From Mobula hypostoma (Eukaryota), in assembly GCF_963921235.1 (NCBI RefSeq), contig NC_086097.1, positions 186,684,001-186,748,000 of the forward strand: 64,000 nucleotides of DNA. Direction: 5' to 3'. The notes under the pieces are model-generated. The model was not told where the DNA came from, did no database searches, and was given only the letters and a program-made list of their open reading frames with translations. Shown piece after piece: positions 62,936-64,000 of this stretch. The translations under genes and the position numbers were made by a program. The stretch's first letter is position 1; the number at the start of each line of letters is the position of its first letter.

Positions 62936-63520
62936 ATCTCCAATAAATGTTTCTCGTTGTAGAGAAGGTTGAGTTTAACTTAGGAAGAATTACATTTTTG
63001 ACTGTACCTTGCAAAACTGTAAGAAACAATATTTCTAAACTCAAAACATTAAAATATTTAAATTACCTACCTTTCCATTCTCACTTAGTTTCACCTAACA
63101 CTCACCAACTTGAGATCCTTCCCCTCTTCCCACACTTTTATTCTGGTTTATGTTCTCTTTCTTTCCAGTCCCGAAGAAAATTTTCAGTCGAATCATCAAC
63201 TGTTCATTTCCCTTCATAGATGCTACCTGACTTGCTGAGTTCCTCCAGCATTTTGTGTGTGTTGTTCAAGGTTTCCAGCATCTGCAGAATCTCTGGTGTT
63301 TATGCTTTAAATTTATATTTGATTTCTTTACCCAGGAATTTTATTTGTGCCATATTGATTTTAATTAAAATACTCTCCAAAGAATCAAATGTGAAAACTG
63401 ATGCAAAAAATAAACCACTGTAAGAACTAAGCAACATCTGTGGAGGCAAAAGGGAGATCAGTCTATAAGATCAGAATTTTACTTGGTCGTTCTATTCCCT
63501 TTCTGTGAGGCAAGCAGCTC

Positions 63521-64000
63521 AGAATTGAATTGAATTGACTTTATTTCTTACATTCTTCACATTCATGAGTAAAAATCTTTTACATTATGTCTCTGGCTAA
63601 ATGTGCAATGTGCAATCTTAGTAATTTATAATAATTTATAATAAATAGAACAGCCAATGTAACATAGAAATACACACAAATCATGTGAGTTAATCAGTCT
63701 GATGGTCTGGTGGAAGAAGCTGGTCCAGAGCCTGTTGGTCCTGGCTTTTATGCTGCGGTACCGTTTCCTGGATGGTAGCAGCTGGAGTAGATTGTGGTTG
63801 GGGTGACTCGGGTCCTCAATGATCCTTCAAGCCCTTTTTATACACCTGTCTTTGTAAATATCCTGAATCGTGGGAAGTTCACAACTACAGAAGCACTGGG
63901 CTGTTCGCAACACTCTCTGCAGAATCCTACGATTAAGGGAGGTACAGTTCCCATACCTGGCAGTGATGCAGCCAGTCATGATGCTGTCAATTGTGCCCCT
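63521..64000 (-). mobile_element. Rex1/L2-type LINE 3' end running off the window edge
   Basis: (GAATT)n tail followed by an RT C-terminal remnant on the minus strand. Confidence 0.7.

Noticed and set aside
56833..64000. NBN exon 4 (BRCT domain)
   Set aside because: Not seen; the region is mostly LINE sequence, so the exon presumably lies beyond the window

Overview
Eukaryotic (vertebrate) genomic DNA, not prokaryotic. The LINE, Penelope and DNA-transposon content is most consistent with a cartilaginous fish (ray/shark); this is inference. The window holds the conserved CALB1-DECR1-NBN block. It contains the last two coding exons of CALB1 (+), the complete 10-exon DECR1 CDS (-, 1023 nt, 340 aa) and exons 1-3 of NBN (+). 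All exon boundaries were read from the sequence with GT-AG splice sites and consistent phases. DECR1 and NBN start codons are only 130 bp apart across a CpG-rich bidirectional promoter. Introns are packed with mobile elements: an internally deleted BEL/Pao LTR element, many CR1 and Rex1/L2-type LINE pieces, a near-intact DD34E Tc1, a putative solo LTR and Penelope-like remnants. There is also a four-layer nest: a full-length L1 with intact ORF2, inside a Tigger/pogo, inside the TIR of a PIF/Harbinger, inside a Penelope remnant. The most notable structural signal is a ~240 bp TSD-flanked palindromic Penelope-derived insert carrying an intact minimal type I hammerhead ribozyme. Coordinates of old repeat fragments are approximate.
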